Origin: Promethearchaeota archaeon
GTDB taxonomy: Archaea > Asgardarchaeota > Lokiarchaeia > Sigyniarchaeales > SOKP01
NCBI GenBank assembly: GCA_016840085.1
Contig: JAEOTA010000073.1
Coordinates: forward strand, 32,001-96,000
Direction of reading: 5' to 3'
Length of the DNA stretch: 64,000 bases
Position 1 is the stretch's first letter, and the number at the start of each line of letters is the position of its first letter. The notes under the pieces are model-generated. The model did no database searches and was not told where the DNA came from. It worked only from the letters and a program-made list of their open reading frames with translations. A program made the translations under genes and the position numbers. This document shows, one piece after another, positions 20,085-29,712 of the stretch.

Positions 20085-20771
20085 ATGAATATGGATTCAT
20101 CGTTTGAAATTAATATCGTATTTGATGATAAATGTCCTAAACCTGGATTTTTACCTGGTTTTGGATTCTCTGTGTTGATATATAACCATTTCACAGAAAA
20201 TTTCTCTTTATTTGATACAGGCGGGAATGGGAATATTTTAATCCATAATATTGAACAATTTAATGTGAATACTTCAGCTATAAAAAATGTTATAATTTCA
20301 CATAATCATCATGACCACGCAGGAGGTTTAGATAAAATACTTCAAATTAATCCTAATATAGAGATTTATGTGCCTATAGCTCATGTGAAGTCTTATTTAA
20401 GAAGATATTCAGGGTATAAAGTTCATGGATTCTCTGAATTAAAAGAAATAGAAAAAAATTTTATGATTTCAGGTGAAATCAAAGGAAATTTTATCTCAGA
20501 ACAAGCAGTTTTCTTAAAAACTATCCATGATGAATTAATTATACTAGTAGGATGCTCACATCCAGGAGTAGAGCAGTTTATATTGATAGCTCAAAAACTC
20601 GGAAATATAAAAGCCATTATTGGAGGATTTCATGGTTTTCGAAAGCTCTCATATTTAGAAAACATTGATTTTATCGGTGCGTGCCATTGTACACAGCATT
20701 TAAAATTAATTAAAGAGACATTTCCCGACCAATTTAAACGCATCTGCCTTGGAGATAATTATCTCTTTTGA
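20085..20771 (+). CDS. Metallo-beta-lactamase fold hydrolase (COG1237-like)
   Basis: LFDTG, ISHNHHDHAGG, VGCSHPG, IGGFH, CHCT. Confidence 0.85.
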   Translation: MNMDSSFEINIVFDDKCPKPGFLPGFGFSVLIYNHFTENFSLFDTGGNGNILIHNIEQFNVNTSAIKNVIISHNHHDHAGGLDKILQINPNIEIYVPIAHVKSYLRRYSGYKVHGFSELKEIEKNFMISGEIKGNFISEQAVFLKTIHDELIILVGCSHPGVEQFILIAQKLGNIKAIIGGFHGFRKLSYLENIDFIGACHCTQHLKLIKETFPDQFKRICLGDNYLF

Positions 20772-20794
20772 ATATACTGAATCTTTACTAGTAA

Positions 20795-20828
20795 ATATGA
20801 GGAAGTAATTTTTTTCTTCCACTCATAT
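20795..20828. terminator. Imperfect hairpin downstream of the MBL gene
   Basis: ATATGA-GGAAG...CTTCC-ac-TCATAT with a T-rich loop. Confidence 0.35.
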
Positions 20829-21139
20829 CTATTTCATATTCCTTTTTGAATTCAAGAAAAAGTTTTTTAAGTTTAAAGTCTATTATCTCTTTTTTTTTCA
20901 TCTTTATTATATTAGGAGCTTTTGCCTTTGAATTTGAGACTTTTGAAATTAGAATAAAGATATTGCATACTAGAATTTATATGCAGATTATTAATTTAGG
21001 GTTTTTGGCTTAGAAATTCTCTACATCATCCTTTAGTATAAATTGTTTAAAGAGTATTTTTAGATAAATTAGGGATGACTAAAAAGTTTAAAAATAATGA
21101 AGAATAATATATTTAATAAGAATATTTAGGTGAAAAAGT

Positions 21140-21700
21140 ATGGAATTATTTCCTGCCTTATCAATTGGATGGCTTAATGGTTGGATTTTTCAAGTAATAT
21201 TCTTTACTTTATTTGGGATCTTTTTATTAATTTGTTCAAAGGAGGTAATTTCACGGCTTTATGATGAAGTTGGATGGACTAAATTGCAGAAAACCTTATC
21301 TAAAATCGCGAAAATATTTGGTTTAATTACTCTTCTATTATTTATTTTTACTCCGTTGAATATTGGCTCTATTGAGTTTATTGTTGGAACTGCTCTAATA
21401 ATTATTGGAACAATAGGATTTCTTATAGCGCTTATCAATTTTAAAAATTCACCGCTTAATAAACCAATAACTATTGGATTATATAAATTATCTCGTAATC
21501 CGCAATTAATGATGATGTATTTGTTATCAATAGGAAATTGTTTAGCAATTGGTTCTTGGACTGCATTTTTCACCTTTGGTTTATCAATTTTATTTGGTCA
21601 CTTTCGAATTTTAGGAGAAGAAAAAAGGCTTACGGAGCAGTATGGTGAATCATATTTAAAATATAAGAAAAAAGTTGCCCGATATTTTATATTTTTTTAA
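21140..21700 (+). CDS. ICMT/PEMT (Ste14-like) membrane methyltransferase, copy 1
   Basis: ITIGLYKLSRNPQ, EEKRLTEQYGESYLKYKKKVARY. Confidence 0.85.
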   Translation: MELFPALSIGWLNGWIFQVIFFTLFGIFLLICSKEVISRLYDEVGWTKLQKTLSKIAKIFGLITLLLFIFTPLNIGSIEFIVGTALIIIGTIGFLIALINFKNSPLNKPITIGLYKLSRNPQLMMMYLLSIGNCLAIGSWTAFFTFGLSILFGHFRILGEEKRLTEQYGESYLKYKKKVARYFIFF

Positions 21701-21717
21701 AAAAAAGAGATGAAAAT

Positions 21718-22278
21718 ATGGAATTAGTAACCAGATTTGGAATAGGATGGTTAAATGGTTGGCTTCCTTTAGTAATTTATGTTTCGATACAAACTATTAT
21801 AACATTTACATGCCCAAAAGAAGTAAGAACAAGATTAATCGATAGGAAAGGATGGACAAAAACACAAATAGCCATGACAGCAATAGGGAAATCATTTACT
21901 CTTATAAATATTATTTTATTATTTCTTTCACCATTAAAATTTGGTTCTGTTGAATTTATTATCGGAATTATTTTATATTTTATAGGAATAATAGCTTTGA
22001 GTATTGCTATAATTAACTTTAAAAATGCACCTTTAGGAAAACCAATCACTACTGGATTTTATAAAATATCCCGTAATCCACAATTAATTAGTATTTATAT
22101 TATTTTTCTTGGACATATACTTATGATAGGGTCATGGATATCGCTAATTATACTTCTAGTTTCGATTTCCGGATCACATTTTAGTATTTTAGGAGAAGAA
22201 AAAAGACTTAAAAATCAATATGGTGAATCATATCTAAAATATAAGAAAAAAGTTCCACGATATTTTATATTTTTTTAG
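21718..22278 (+). CDS. ICMT/PEMT (Ste14-like) membrane methyltransferase, copy 2
   Basis: ITTGFYKISRNPQ, EEKRLKNQYGESYLKYKKKVPRY; same length (186 aa) as copy 1. Confidence 0.85.
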   Translation: MELVTRFGIGWLNGWLPLVIYVSIQTIITFTCPKEVRTRLIDRKGWTKTQIAMTAIGKSFTLINIILLFLSPLKFGSVEFIIGIILYFIGIIALSIAIINFKNAPLGKPITTGFYKISRNPQLISIYIIFLGHILMIGSWISLIILLVSISGSHFSILGEEKRLKNQYGESYLKYKKKVPRYFIFF

Positions 22279-22326
22279 AATAGGAAAAAAAGTAAATCTT
22301 CAAATTAAAATTAGTGAATATACATA

Positions 22327-22938
22327 ATGGAAACAATATTTATAAAAAATTTTTTTATTATTTCGATATTTTTATTTCTAATTGGTTTTTTTTGGCCTCT
22401 TATTATAGTAAAAAAAAGTGGAAAAAACCCTCATGGTACTCATAAAGGAGCTTCTGTTTTAACCAGGCTTAGTTCTGTGTCTATATTTTTATGGTTAGGT
22501 TTTATTATTTCCTATATATTTTTTAATTATATATTAGAGAGATTTTTACGATTTGAATTCTTGTCTAATGACTTTTTGGTTTTAACTGGTATGATTATTA
22601 TATCAATAGGTTTTATATTTGAAATACTAGGAATTCTAGCACTTGGGATTAACTTTAGGATTGAATTGCCCACAGATGATACGGAACTTATTACTTCAGG
22701 AATTTATAGAGTGATGAGAAATCCTATTGTTTTTGGAATTTTTTTACTCGTTATTGGGTCGTTTTTAATTATACCAACGGGAATTACACTATTAATAGGG
22801 ATATTCAATATCTTTACCTTTAATTCAAAAGCTATTGCTGAAGAAAAATATTTGCTTAGTAAATTTGGTGAGGATTATAGAAATTATAAGAATTCAGTAG
22901 GAAGATATCTACCATTTAGGATAGCAAAAAAAATTTAA
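22327..22938 (+). CDS. ICMT/PEMT (Ste14-like) membrane methyltransferase, copy 3 (divergent)
   Basis: LITSGIYRVMRNPI, EEKYLLSKFGEDYRNYKNSVGRY. Confidence 0.85.
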   Translation: METIFIKNFFIISIFLFLIGFFWPLIIVKKSGKNPHGTHKGASVLTRLSSVSIFLWLGFIISYIFFNYILERFLRFEFLSNDFLVLTGMIIISIGFIFEILGILALGINFRIELPTDDTELITSGIYRVMRNPIVFGIFLLVIGSFLIIPTGITLLIGIFNIFTFNSKAIAEEKYLLSKFGEDYRNYKNSVGRYLPFRIAKKI

Positions 22939-22969
22939 AATACTATTTTGAAATTATGGTGGTGAAATT

Positions 22970-23896
22970 ATGAAAATTCTAATATATGGTGCGGGGGTAT
23001 TAGGTAGTCTTTATACTGCGAAGTTATCTGAATTTGGTTATGATGTTTCGATATTAGCTCGAGGACAGCGTTTAAAAGATATTAACACTCATGGAATTGT
23101 ATTGAATAACATATTAAGTAAAGAGAAAACTACTACAGAGGTAAAAACTGTTGAAAGTTTAAAACCAGATGATTTTTATGATTTGGTAATAGTGATTATG
23201 AGAAAAAATCAAGTTGAATCAATTTTGCCAATTTTAGCTAATAACAAAAACACTCCTACAATTCTATTTTTAGGTAATAACGCTAAAGGGGCTAAAGAAT
23301 ATATTGAAGCTTTAGGTCCTGATCGCGTATTATTAGGATTTCCCGGAGCAGGAGGGTATTTTGAAGATCATGAGATTCGATGCTTATTTTCAAAGAAAAA
23401 CAAAATAACAATTGGTGAACCTAGTTGTGAGCTAACACCACGTATAAAAGAACTTAAATCTGTATTCGAAAAAGCAAAATTAAAAGTAGATATTAATGAA
23501 AATGTCGATGCATGGTTAAAAACACATGTAGCTTTTGTTATTCCATTAGTTTGTGCTCTTTACAAGTGTGATACTGATATTTATCTATTAGCTGAGAATA
23601 AGGATGCACTTAAATTATTTATTCATGGTTTTAAAGAAGCGCTTGTAGCATTAAATAAGTTGAATATTCCTATATTACCCAATAGAATGAGAAAAATAGG
23701 GAAAATACCTGAATGGTTATTGCTCTTTTTAATGAAAAAAAGATTTAAAACTGAATTAGCCAAAATTGCAATTGAGGGTCATGCTCGAGTTGCGCGAGAC
23801 GAGATGAGTTACCTGGGAAAAGAGCTTAAAGAACTAATAGACTCATCTGGAAGATCTACTCCACATCTCGATAAACTTTTTAGCTATTTACTATAA
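22970..23896 (+). CDS. Ketopantoate reductase (PanE/ApbA) family oxidoreductase
   Basis: MKILIYGAGVLGS, LARGQR, LFLGNN, AWLKTH. Confidence 0.8.
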   Translation: MKILIYGAGVLGSLYTAKLSEFGYDVSILARGQRLKDINTHGIVLNNILSKEKTTTEVKTVESLKPDDFYDLVIVIMRKNQVESILPILANNKNTPTILFLGNNAKGAKEYIEALGPDRVLLGFPGAGGYFEDHEIRCLFSKKNKITIGEPSCELTPRIKELKSVFEKAKLKVDINENVDAWLKTHVAFVIPLVCALYKCDTDIYLLAENKDALKLFIHGFKEALVALNKLNIPILPNRMRKIGKIPEWLLLFLMKKRFKTELAKIAIEGHARVARDEMSYLGKELKELIDSSGRSTPHLDKLFSYLL

Positions 23897-24053
23897 GAAT
23901 CATGAAATTTTTGATTCTATAAATTGATATCAATTTATGCTTAATTTTTTTATTTATATTTTAGCGAACTCTTGGGATTTTATAATCCAAACAAAGAAAT
24001 GTATAGATTTTCATTTTACTATAATTATAATAGACAAAAATAATAAGGCGAAA

Positions 24054-25295
24054 TTAGTGTTCTCCTCTATTAACATTTCGTGAAATATATGTTAGAAGAG
24101 CTAGAACAATAAGCCCAAAAATCATAATAAATACATGTATTGAGTATAAATATATTTCAACGGCGTATCCTGCTATGATAGGAGTTAAACCAAAGCCAAT
24201 CCCTACTAAAACTTCATTGATGGTTGAATATTTAGTGGAATTTTCCGCAGTTCCGTATTCTAGCATAATTTTCATGCAAGTTCCATGAATTAAACCTAAG
24301 AAAAGACCTACAAAAGCTGTTATTATTGAAATATACCATATGTTTCCAAGGAGAACAAAACTAAATGCAACTATGGGAACTGTTATCAAGCCTATGAGTG
24401 ATGCTATTTTTCTATTATAGATATTCATTGAATTAATCCATGTTAAGCCAACGAGTTGCATTGATTGTAGCCCGCATTGTACAAGATATGATAAATAGGA
24501 GGGACTCCCAAAAGCCTTCAAAAGAATAGGATAGCCAAAAATAAAAACTGATTTTGAGGTTGCTAAAAACATTATACCTATCCATGAAAATAATATTGGG
24601 TATATAATCATAGGGGTATGCGAATTAATCAACATATCCTGTTTGATATCTAAGTGAGAAATGGGATCTTCTGTTTGAAATTTTGTGATTTCGATTGAGA
24701 TAGGGTCTGATGATTCTTTTTTTATGAAAAAACTTATAGGAATTAATAGAAAGGATAATAACCAAGATATAACCATGGCAAAATAATCACTCCATGTAAA
24801 AGCCCAGACAAAACCAACAAGAAGACCACTTATAAAACCAACATTCCAAGAGAAATTAAAATTTTTAAAATTTTTCTTAGATCTTTCAACACTACTTATT
24901 TGTTGCCACTTACTTAATATATTCATACAATTTGGCCAGAAAATTCCCAATGATAACCCCAATAGTACGCGACATAAAATTAAAAACCATAGTTCAGGGA
25001 TAAGTATTTGAGCCCCTGTTAAAATTGGGGTAAGTATAGAAGATAAAATAAGCGAATTCCGAATTCCGAGCTTCGAAGTGATTACTTGCCCTAATACAGG
25101 AGCAAAGATATAAGATACAGCGCCCGCTGAAGATATAAAACCTAGAGTGCTCTCATGGACATCCATAACAAAATAAAGATAATTTTGAAGAGCTCTTTCA
25201 AAAATAGAAACATAAAACAACCTTACAAACGAAAGCATAAATACTGGCCAAACACGATAACTTTGTGATGAGTTTGGTTTATTTGATAAAGCCAT
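24054..25295 (-). CDS. MFS transporter
   Basis: 12-TM pattern, CRVLLGLSLG, central hydrophilic loop. Confidence 0.85.
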   Translation of the reverse strand: MALSNKPNSSQSYRVWPVFMLSFVRLFYVSIFERALQNYLYFVMDVHESTLGFISSAGAVSYIFAPVLGQVITSKLGIRNSLILSSILTPILTGAQILIPELWFLILCRVLLGLSLGIFWPNCMNILSKWQQISSVERSKKNFKNFNFSWNVGFISGLLVGFVWAFTWSDYFAMVISWLLSFLLIPISFFIKKESSDPISIEITKFQTEDPISHLDIKQDMLINSHTPMIIYPILFSWIGIMFLATSKSVFIFGYPILLKAFGSPSYLSYLVQCGLQSMQLVGLTWINSMNIYNRKIASLIGLITVPIVAFSFVLLGNIWYISIITAFVGLFLGLIHGTCMKIMLEYGTAENSTKYSTINEVLVGIGFGLTPIIAGYAVEIYLYSIHVFIMIFGLIVLALLTYISRNVNRGEH

Positions 25296-25457
25296 AGTAT
25301 TATACCTTCACCTATTTTGCAGTGAAATAATACTTTCCTCAAATAGTTTGTTAAATTTATAAAACAATATTTAAGGTATTTAAATTCGATCTGGAATACA
25401 ATTTTTTAATATTAACAAAAAATAGAATAAATTATCAATATTTTTTCTACCAATAAT

Positions 25458-25928
25458 ATGCCAGATACTAATTTTACGTCTCTAAAGATTAATCTTATTG
25501 AACAAACAAATAATTTAATAGCCAGCTATGAGAAAAAAGCAGAATGTGGAATATTTTTTACATTGAATGAAGATAAATCCCCTTTAGATATTATTGGTGT
25601 ATTAGATTTTTTGAAGTATAAGATTAAAAAATGGGGAAATACAAACATATTTAGCTATATTGGTAATTTGTTTGAAGATAGTACTGTTCTTGTTGTTGGA
25701 GCACGTGATAATGAGGAAGCAAAAAGCATAATCATATATATGTTATTATCTAAGATTCTGTCTAAAAATAACAAAATTGATGATTTTTTAGAAAATCAAG
25801 GTTCTTATAATGATCTTGAGCAATTTTTAAACACTGAATTTACTAAAAATATAAAAATTGGTTATCCTATTGCCCCACATTTGGAAAAAAAGTTAAAAGA
25901 GCATTTAGAAAAATTGATTATGAGTTAA
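25458..25928 (+). CDS. Hypothetical protein
   Basis: 156 aa ORF, no motif recognised. Confidence 0.65.
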   Translation: MPDTNFTSLKINLIEQTNNLIASYEKKAECGIFFTLNEDKSPLDIIGVLDFLKYKIKKWGNTNIFSYIGNLFEDSTVLVVGARDNEEAKSIIIYMLLSKILSKNNKIDDFLENQGSYNDLEQFLNTEFTKNIKIGYPIAPHLEKKLKEHLEKLIMS

Positions 25929-26046
25929 AAGATAGTAAATTTCTTTTTTTTTGCTATTATATCATAAACCTTATATCAATGAAATACTTAAAAATCACAA
26001 TTGGTACAGTTTATTCTAATGTACTCAATTTGTTTAGGTTTTTTCA

Positions 26047-26301
26047 ATGGTAAAAGGTACTGTGAAGTGGTTTAATAGCAAGAAAGGCTTTGGATTTATT
26101 ACACCTGAGGATGAATCAGGGGATATCTTTGTGCATTATACCGCCATTAAAGCCGAAGGTGGGGCGTTTAAGGTGATTTATGAAGGAGATATTGTTGAAT
26201 TCGAAATTACTCAAGGAAAAAAAGGGCCCCAAGCAAGTGATGTAGTGATAGTTGAAGAGGGACCTCGAACTAATATCCGTGGCCGAAAATCGTTTTATTA
26301 A
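26047..26301 (+). CDS. cspA: Cold-shock domain protein
   Basis: [15 protein letters not shown] (RNP1), DIFVHY (RNP2), KGPQASDV. Confidence 0.93.
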   Translation: MVKGTVKWFNSKKGFGFITPEDESGDIFVHYTAIKAEGGAFKVIYEGDIVEFEITQGKKGPQASDVVIVEEGPRTNIRGRKSFY

Positions 26302-26504
26302 TAAATTAATTTATTAGTAAAAAAAAAAGAATCAGAAAGTTTAATATTAAGGAATTTTGAAAGATTAAAATATATGGGAGAGGGAATTACTAAATTTCTA
26401 ATTAACATAATTTTACATCTTACAGATTCCCTTTTTTTTATTTTATTGGGGGAGAGTAAAAAAAAAAATAATTTCTTAAACAGATAAGAAAGAAACTAAT
26501 TTCT

Positions 26505-27305
26505 TCATAATATTTTTGCGTTAAGATAATTATCCATAGATTTTCTGCGAAGACTCTTTGTATATTGCATATTTAACTCTCCAGGTATGAATATAACTTC
26601 TCCATTTTTTACTGCGTCTAATGATAAAGAAACAACATCTTCTGCATTCATCCAATTTTCCTTAGGAAACCAATTACGTTGAAAACCCTGCATTGATTCT
26701 GTGTCATGAAACTCTGAATATGTGAAACCGGGACAGAGGCTTTGAATATAAATCCCTTTGCCTTTTATCCTTTCTTTTATAAGTTCAGAAAATACTGTAA
26801 CTGCTGATTTAGTTGTAGTATACATCACACTCATTGGACTTCTGTGTATAGCTGCTGTAGAAGATGTATTAATTATAACACCTCTTTTTCTTTTTATCAT
26901 ACCAGGAAGAGCAGCATGGCAGAACATCACTGTGCTTGTGAAGTGGACATTAATCATATCAATATGTCGTTTTAAATCTATTTGTAAAAACGTATTCGTA
27001 ATTCCGAACCCCGCATTGTTTATCAGCACATCAAGATTATCAATTTCTAAGATTTTAGCGACTACCTTCTCATTATCATCCATATTTGATAAATTAGCTA
27101 CAAACACTTCAGCATTAACTAAAAATTTTTCTTGTAATTCTTTACTCAGAGTATCAAGTTTATTTTTCCTTCTAGCTACTAAAACTAAATCAAAACCTTG
27201 TGCTGCCAATTGATGAGCAAATTCAGCTCCTATTCCTGATGATGCTCCTGTAATTAAAGCAATTCCTAGATTTTCCCATTCCATAAAATTTTCTTTAACT
27301 TTCAT
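26505..27305 (-). CDS. Short-chain dehydrogenase/reductase
   Basis: TGASSGIG, INNAGFG, YTTTK catalytic motif, CPGFT. Confidence 0.93.
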   Translation of the reverse strand: MKVKENFMEWENLGIALITGASSGIGAEFAHQLAAQGFDLVLVARRKNKLDTLSKELQEKFLVNAEVFVANLSNMDDNEKVVAKILEIDNLDVLINNAGFGITNTFLQIDLKRHIDMINVHFTSTVMFCHAALPGMIKRKRGVIINTSSTAAIHRSPMSVMYTTTKSAVTVFSELIKERIKGKGIYIQSLCPGFTYSEFHDTESMQGFQRNWFPKENWMNAEDVVSLSLDAVKNGEVIFIPGELNMQYTKSLRRKSMDNYLNAKIL

Positions 27306-27428
27306 AATTTAGACACTTCTAGAAAGAGTTATCTAATAAATTAGGGATAATATAAAAAAAAGAATTAGAAATTTAGATTTTATGGAAATTTGACACGTAT
27401 TCCTTTTATATTTTTTCTACTGAATATT

Positions 27429-28289
27429 TCACCATTTGTCGTATTTTGCCTCTCTTTTTTCGAGAGTTGCACTAATACCCTCAAGAATATCTGCTGAATT
27501 TGAGCAGACTACTTGCGTTCTATTTTCTAATTTAATAGCTGCTTCAAGCGAGGAAGCATCAACATTCATATTTAAGGCATCTTTTGTGAGTCTTATTCCT
27601 AAGGGACTTTTGTTTAAAATTTGTTTTGCCATATTTAGTGTCTCGCTAAGAAGCTTATCATCAGTAACTACTTTTGATACAAGTCCAATTGTATCTGCCT
27701 CTTTAGCATCTATTATTCTTCCTGTATACATGAATTCTGCAGCTCTTGAAAACCCAATTAATCTTGGAAGCCAATAAGAACTCCCACAATCTGCTCCAGA
27801 CACCCCTATTCTTATAAATGCGTTGCAAAATTTAGCACTTTCTCCAGCAATCCTTATATCCGCCGCGAGAGCGAATGCTAAACCACCTCCATAAGCAGGA
27901 CCTTTTACTGCAGCAATGACTGGTTGCGGGATTTTCCTAAGTTGTACCATCATTTGAGAGATTAATTTTTGCACTATAACAGATCTTTTCATTTTATCAT
28001 CTGTGAGTAAATATTTAGATTTCCTATATTCTTCTGGTATTTTTCTCTTATTAATACTTTGAAAATCTTTTAAATCAAGACCAGAAGAAAATGCACGACC
28101 TTCTCCAACTAAAATTAAAACACGTATATCTAAATTATTTTCTAATGTCTTGAGATAATCTAACATCTCCTCAGTGAATTGTAGATTAATCGCATTTAAT
28201 CTCTCTGGTCTGTTGAATGTAAGAATTGCGATTCCATCTTCTCTTTCACTAACCTTTATAGTTTCATAAACTTGCATTTTGCACTCCAT
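27429..28289 (-). CDS. Enoyl-CoA hydratase/isomerase (crotonase family)
   Basis: FNRPERLNAI, FSSGLDLK, AVKGPAYGGGLAFALAADIR. Confidence 0.92.
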   Translation of the reverse strand: MECKMQVYETIKVSEREDGIAILTFNRPERLNAINLQFTEEMLDYLKTLENNLDIRVLILVGEGRAFSSGLDLKDFQSINKRKIPEEYRKSKYLLTDDKMKRSVIVQKLISQMMVQLRKIPQPVIAAVKGPAYGGGLAFALAADIRIAGESAKFCNAFIRIGVSGADCGSSYWLPRLIGFSRAAEFMYTGRIIDAKEADTIGLVSKVVTDDKLLSETLNMAKQILNKSPLGIRLTKDALNMNVDASSLEAAIKLENRTQVVCSNSADILEGISATLEKREAKYDKW

Positions 28290-28446
28290 CCATTTTAATA
28301 TTTTGTCTCGAATATTTTAATTTAAGATTACTATATAATAATTAATTTTTTCGAAAATATAGAAATAGAAAGTAACATACAACAAAAACTTAGTAAGAAT
28401 ATAAAAAACATATATAAATTAAAAAAAAAATTTATTTATTATTAAA

Positions 28447-29682
28447 TTAAAAGATAGTTTGTAGCATAGCTGCTTCGATCTCGATCATACCTATATTGAA
28501 TTTATCCTTTAACAATAGTTTTTTATATTTAGAAATATCACGTTTACTTGTCATAAGTGAGTGGAATACACCAGCATTTTGCATTGTATTAATGAGCATA
28601 TAACCCATAATTGTAGAATCCTTGAAAAACATTTTCTTATAAATATTATTATGAATATATCTTATTTCCTCACCTTCGTATATTCCATCTGAAACAATAG
28701 GTCTTCCAAAAACCTTGATAAGGGTTTGATTTCCAGATCCTGAATATTCCATCTTTTTTCCAGCCATATTGTAACCTGCAATTGAACCTTGTACTAAAGC
28801 ATTTTGCCATAATAAAATAGAACCTCTTTTTCCAGTTATAATATCTAAGGATTCGGCTATATCTCCTGCTGCATAAACATCAGGTATGTTTGTTTCAAGA
28901 TATTCGTTTACAATAATTCCTGAATTTGTTTTTATTCCACTATCTTTTATAACGTCTAAATTTGGTTTAACTCCAGTTGCAATTATAATCATATCGGCAT
29001 CTAAAGCAGATTTATCAGTAAGCTTAACACTTTCAACTTTCTTCTTTCCAGAAATCTTGGTAATCTCATTTTCTATTCTTACATCAACGCCATGTTCCCG
29101 GAGATTACTTTTCACAATTGTGCTCATCTCTTCATCTAGCATGCAGGGCAAAATTCTATCTGAAGTTTCTATGATTGTAACATTTATATCATGTTTCTTT
29201 AGCCCTTCAGCAGCATCAAGCCCTATAAAGCCTCCTCCAAGAACAAGTGCATTTTTTACTTCTTGTGTTTTAAGCCAATTATGTATATTGTCAGTATCAG
29301 TTAGTGTTTTGAAGGTGAACACACCATTCATATCTAGACCCTTCATGGATGGTAAATCCACATGACCGCCTGCTGCTATCAGGAGTTTATCATAATCAAT
29401 AGATTCATTACCAACTATAACTTTCTTGTCATTAGGTTGGATGTTTTTCACATTATTACCCAATAGTGGGGTGACATTCATCCGATCGTAGAAATCTTCT
29501 CCTTTCCAGAAGGTTATATCTCGCTTATTTTCATCAGCTAGATAATATAAGAGAAGACAAGCAGAATATGGTGGAAGATCTTCATTTGAGATCATTAAAA
29601 TCTCAGATTCTTGATCATATTTCCTTATTGCTTCTACTGCACTTACACCTGCTCCCCCAGTACCAATTATCACATGTCGCAT
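28447..29682 (-). CDS. FAD/NAD(P)-dependent oxidoreductase (FNOR; NirB/NADH oxidase-like) in the CODH operon
   Basis: GTGGAG, GGGFIG, TNIPDVYAAGD; directly downstream of cooS with AGGTGA RBS. Confidence 0.88.
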   Translation of the reverse strand: MRHVIIGTGGAGVSAVEAIRKYDQESEILMISNEDLPPYSACLLLYYLADENKRDITFWKGEDFYDRMNVTPLLGNNVKNIQPNDKKVIVGNESIDYDKLLIAAGGHVDLPSMKGLDMNGVFTFKTLTDTDNIHNWLKTQEVKNALVLGGGFIGLDAAEGLKKHDINVTIIETSDRILPCMLDEEMSTIVKSNLREHGVDVRIENEITKISGKKKVESVKLTDKSALDADMIIIATGVKPNLDVIKDSGIKTNSGIIVNEYLETNIPDVYAAGDIAESLDIITGKRGSILLWQNALVQGSIAGYNMAGKKMEYSGSGNQTLIKVFGRPIVSDGIYEGEEIRYIHNNIYKKMFFKDSTIMGYMLINTMQNAGVFHSLMTSKRDISKYKKLLLKDKFNIGMIEIEAAMLQTIF

Positions 29683-29712
29683 TTTTTTTTCTCACCTTCT
29701 TTACATAGAATA

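Noticed and set aside
16886-22938. Idea that the ICMT-like genes methylate the nearby Rab-like GTPase
   Set aside because: GTPase ends in MYKISRK with no prenylatable cysteine, and no prenyltransferase is present in the window
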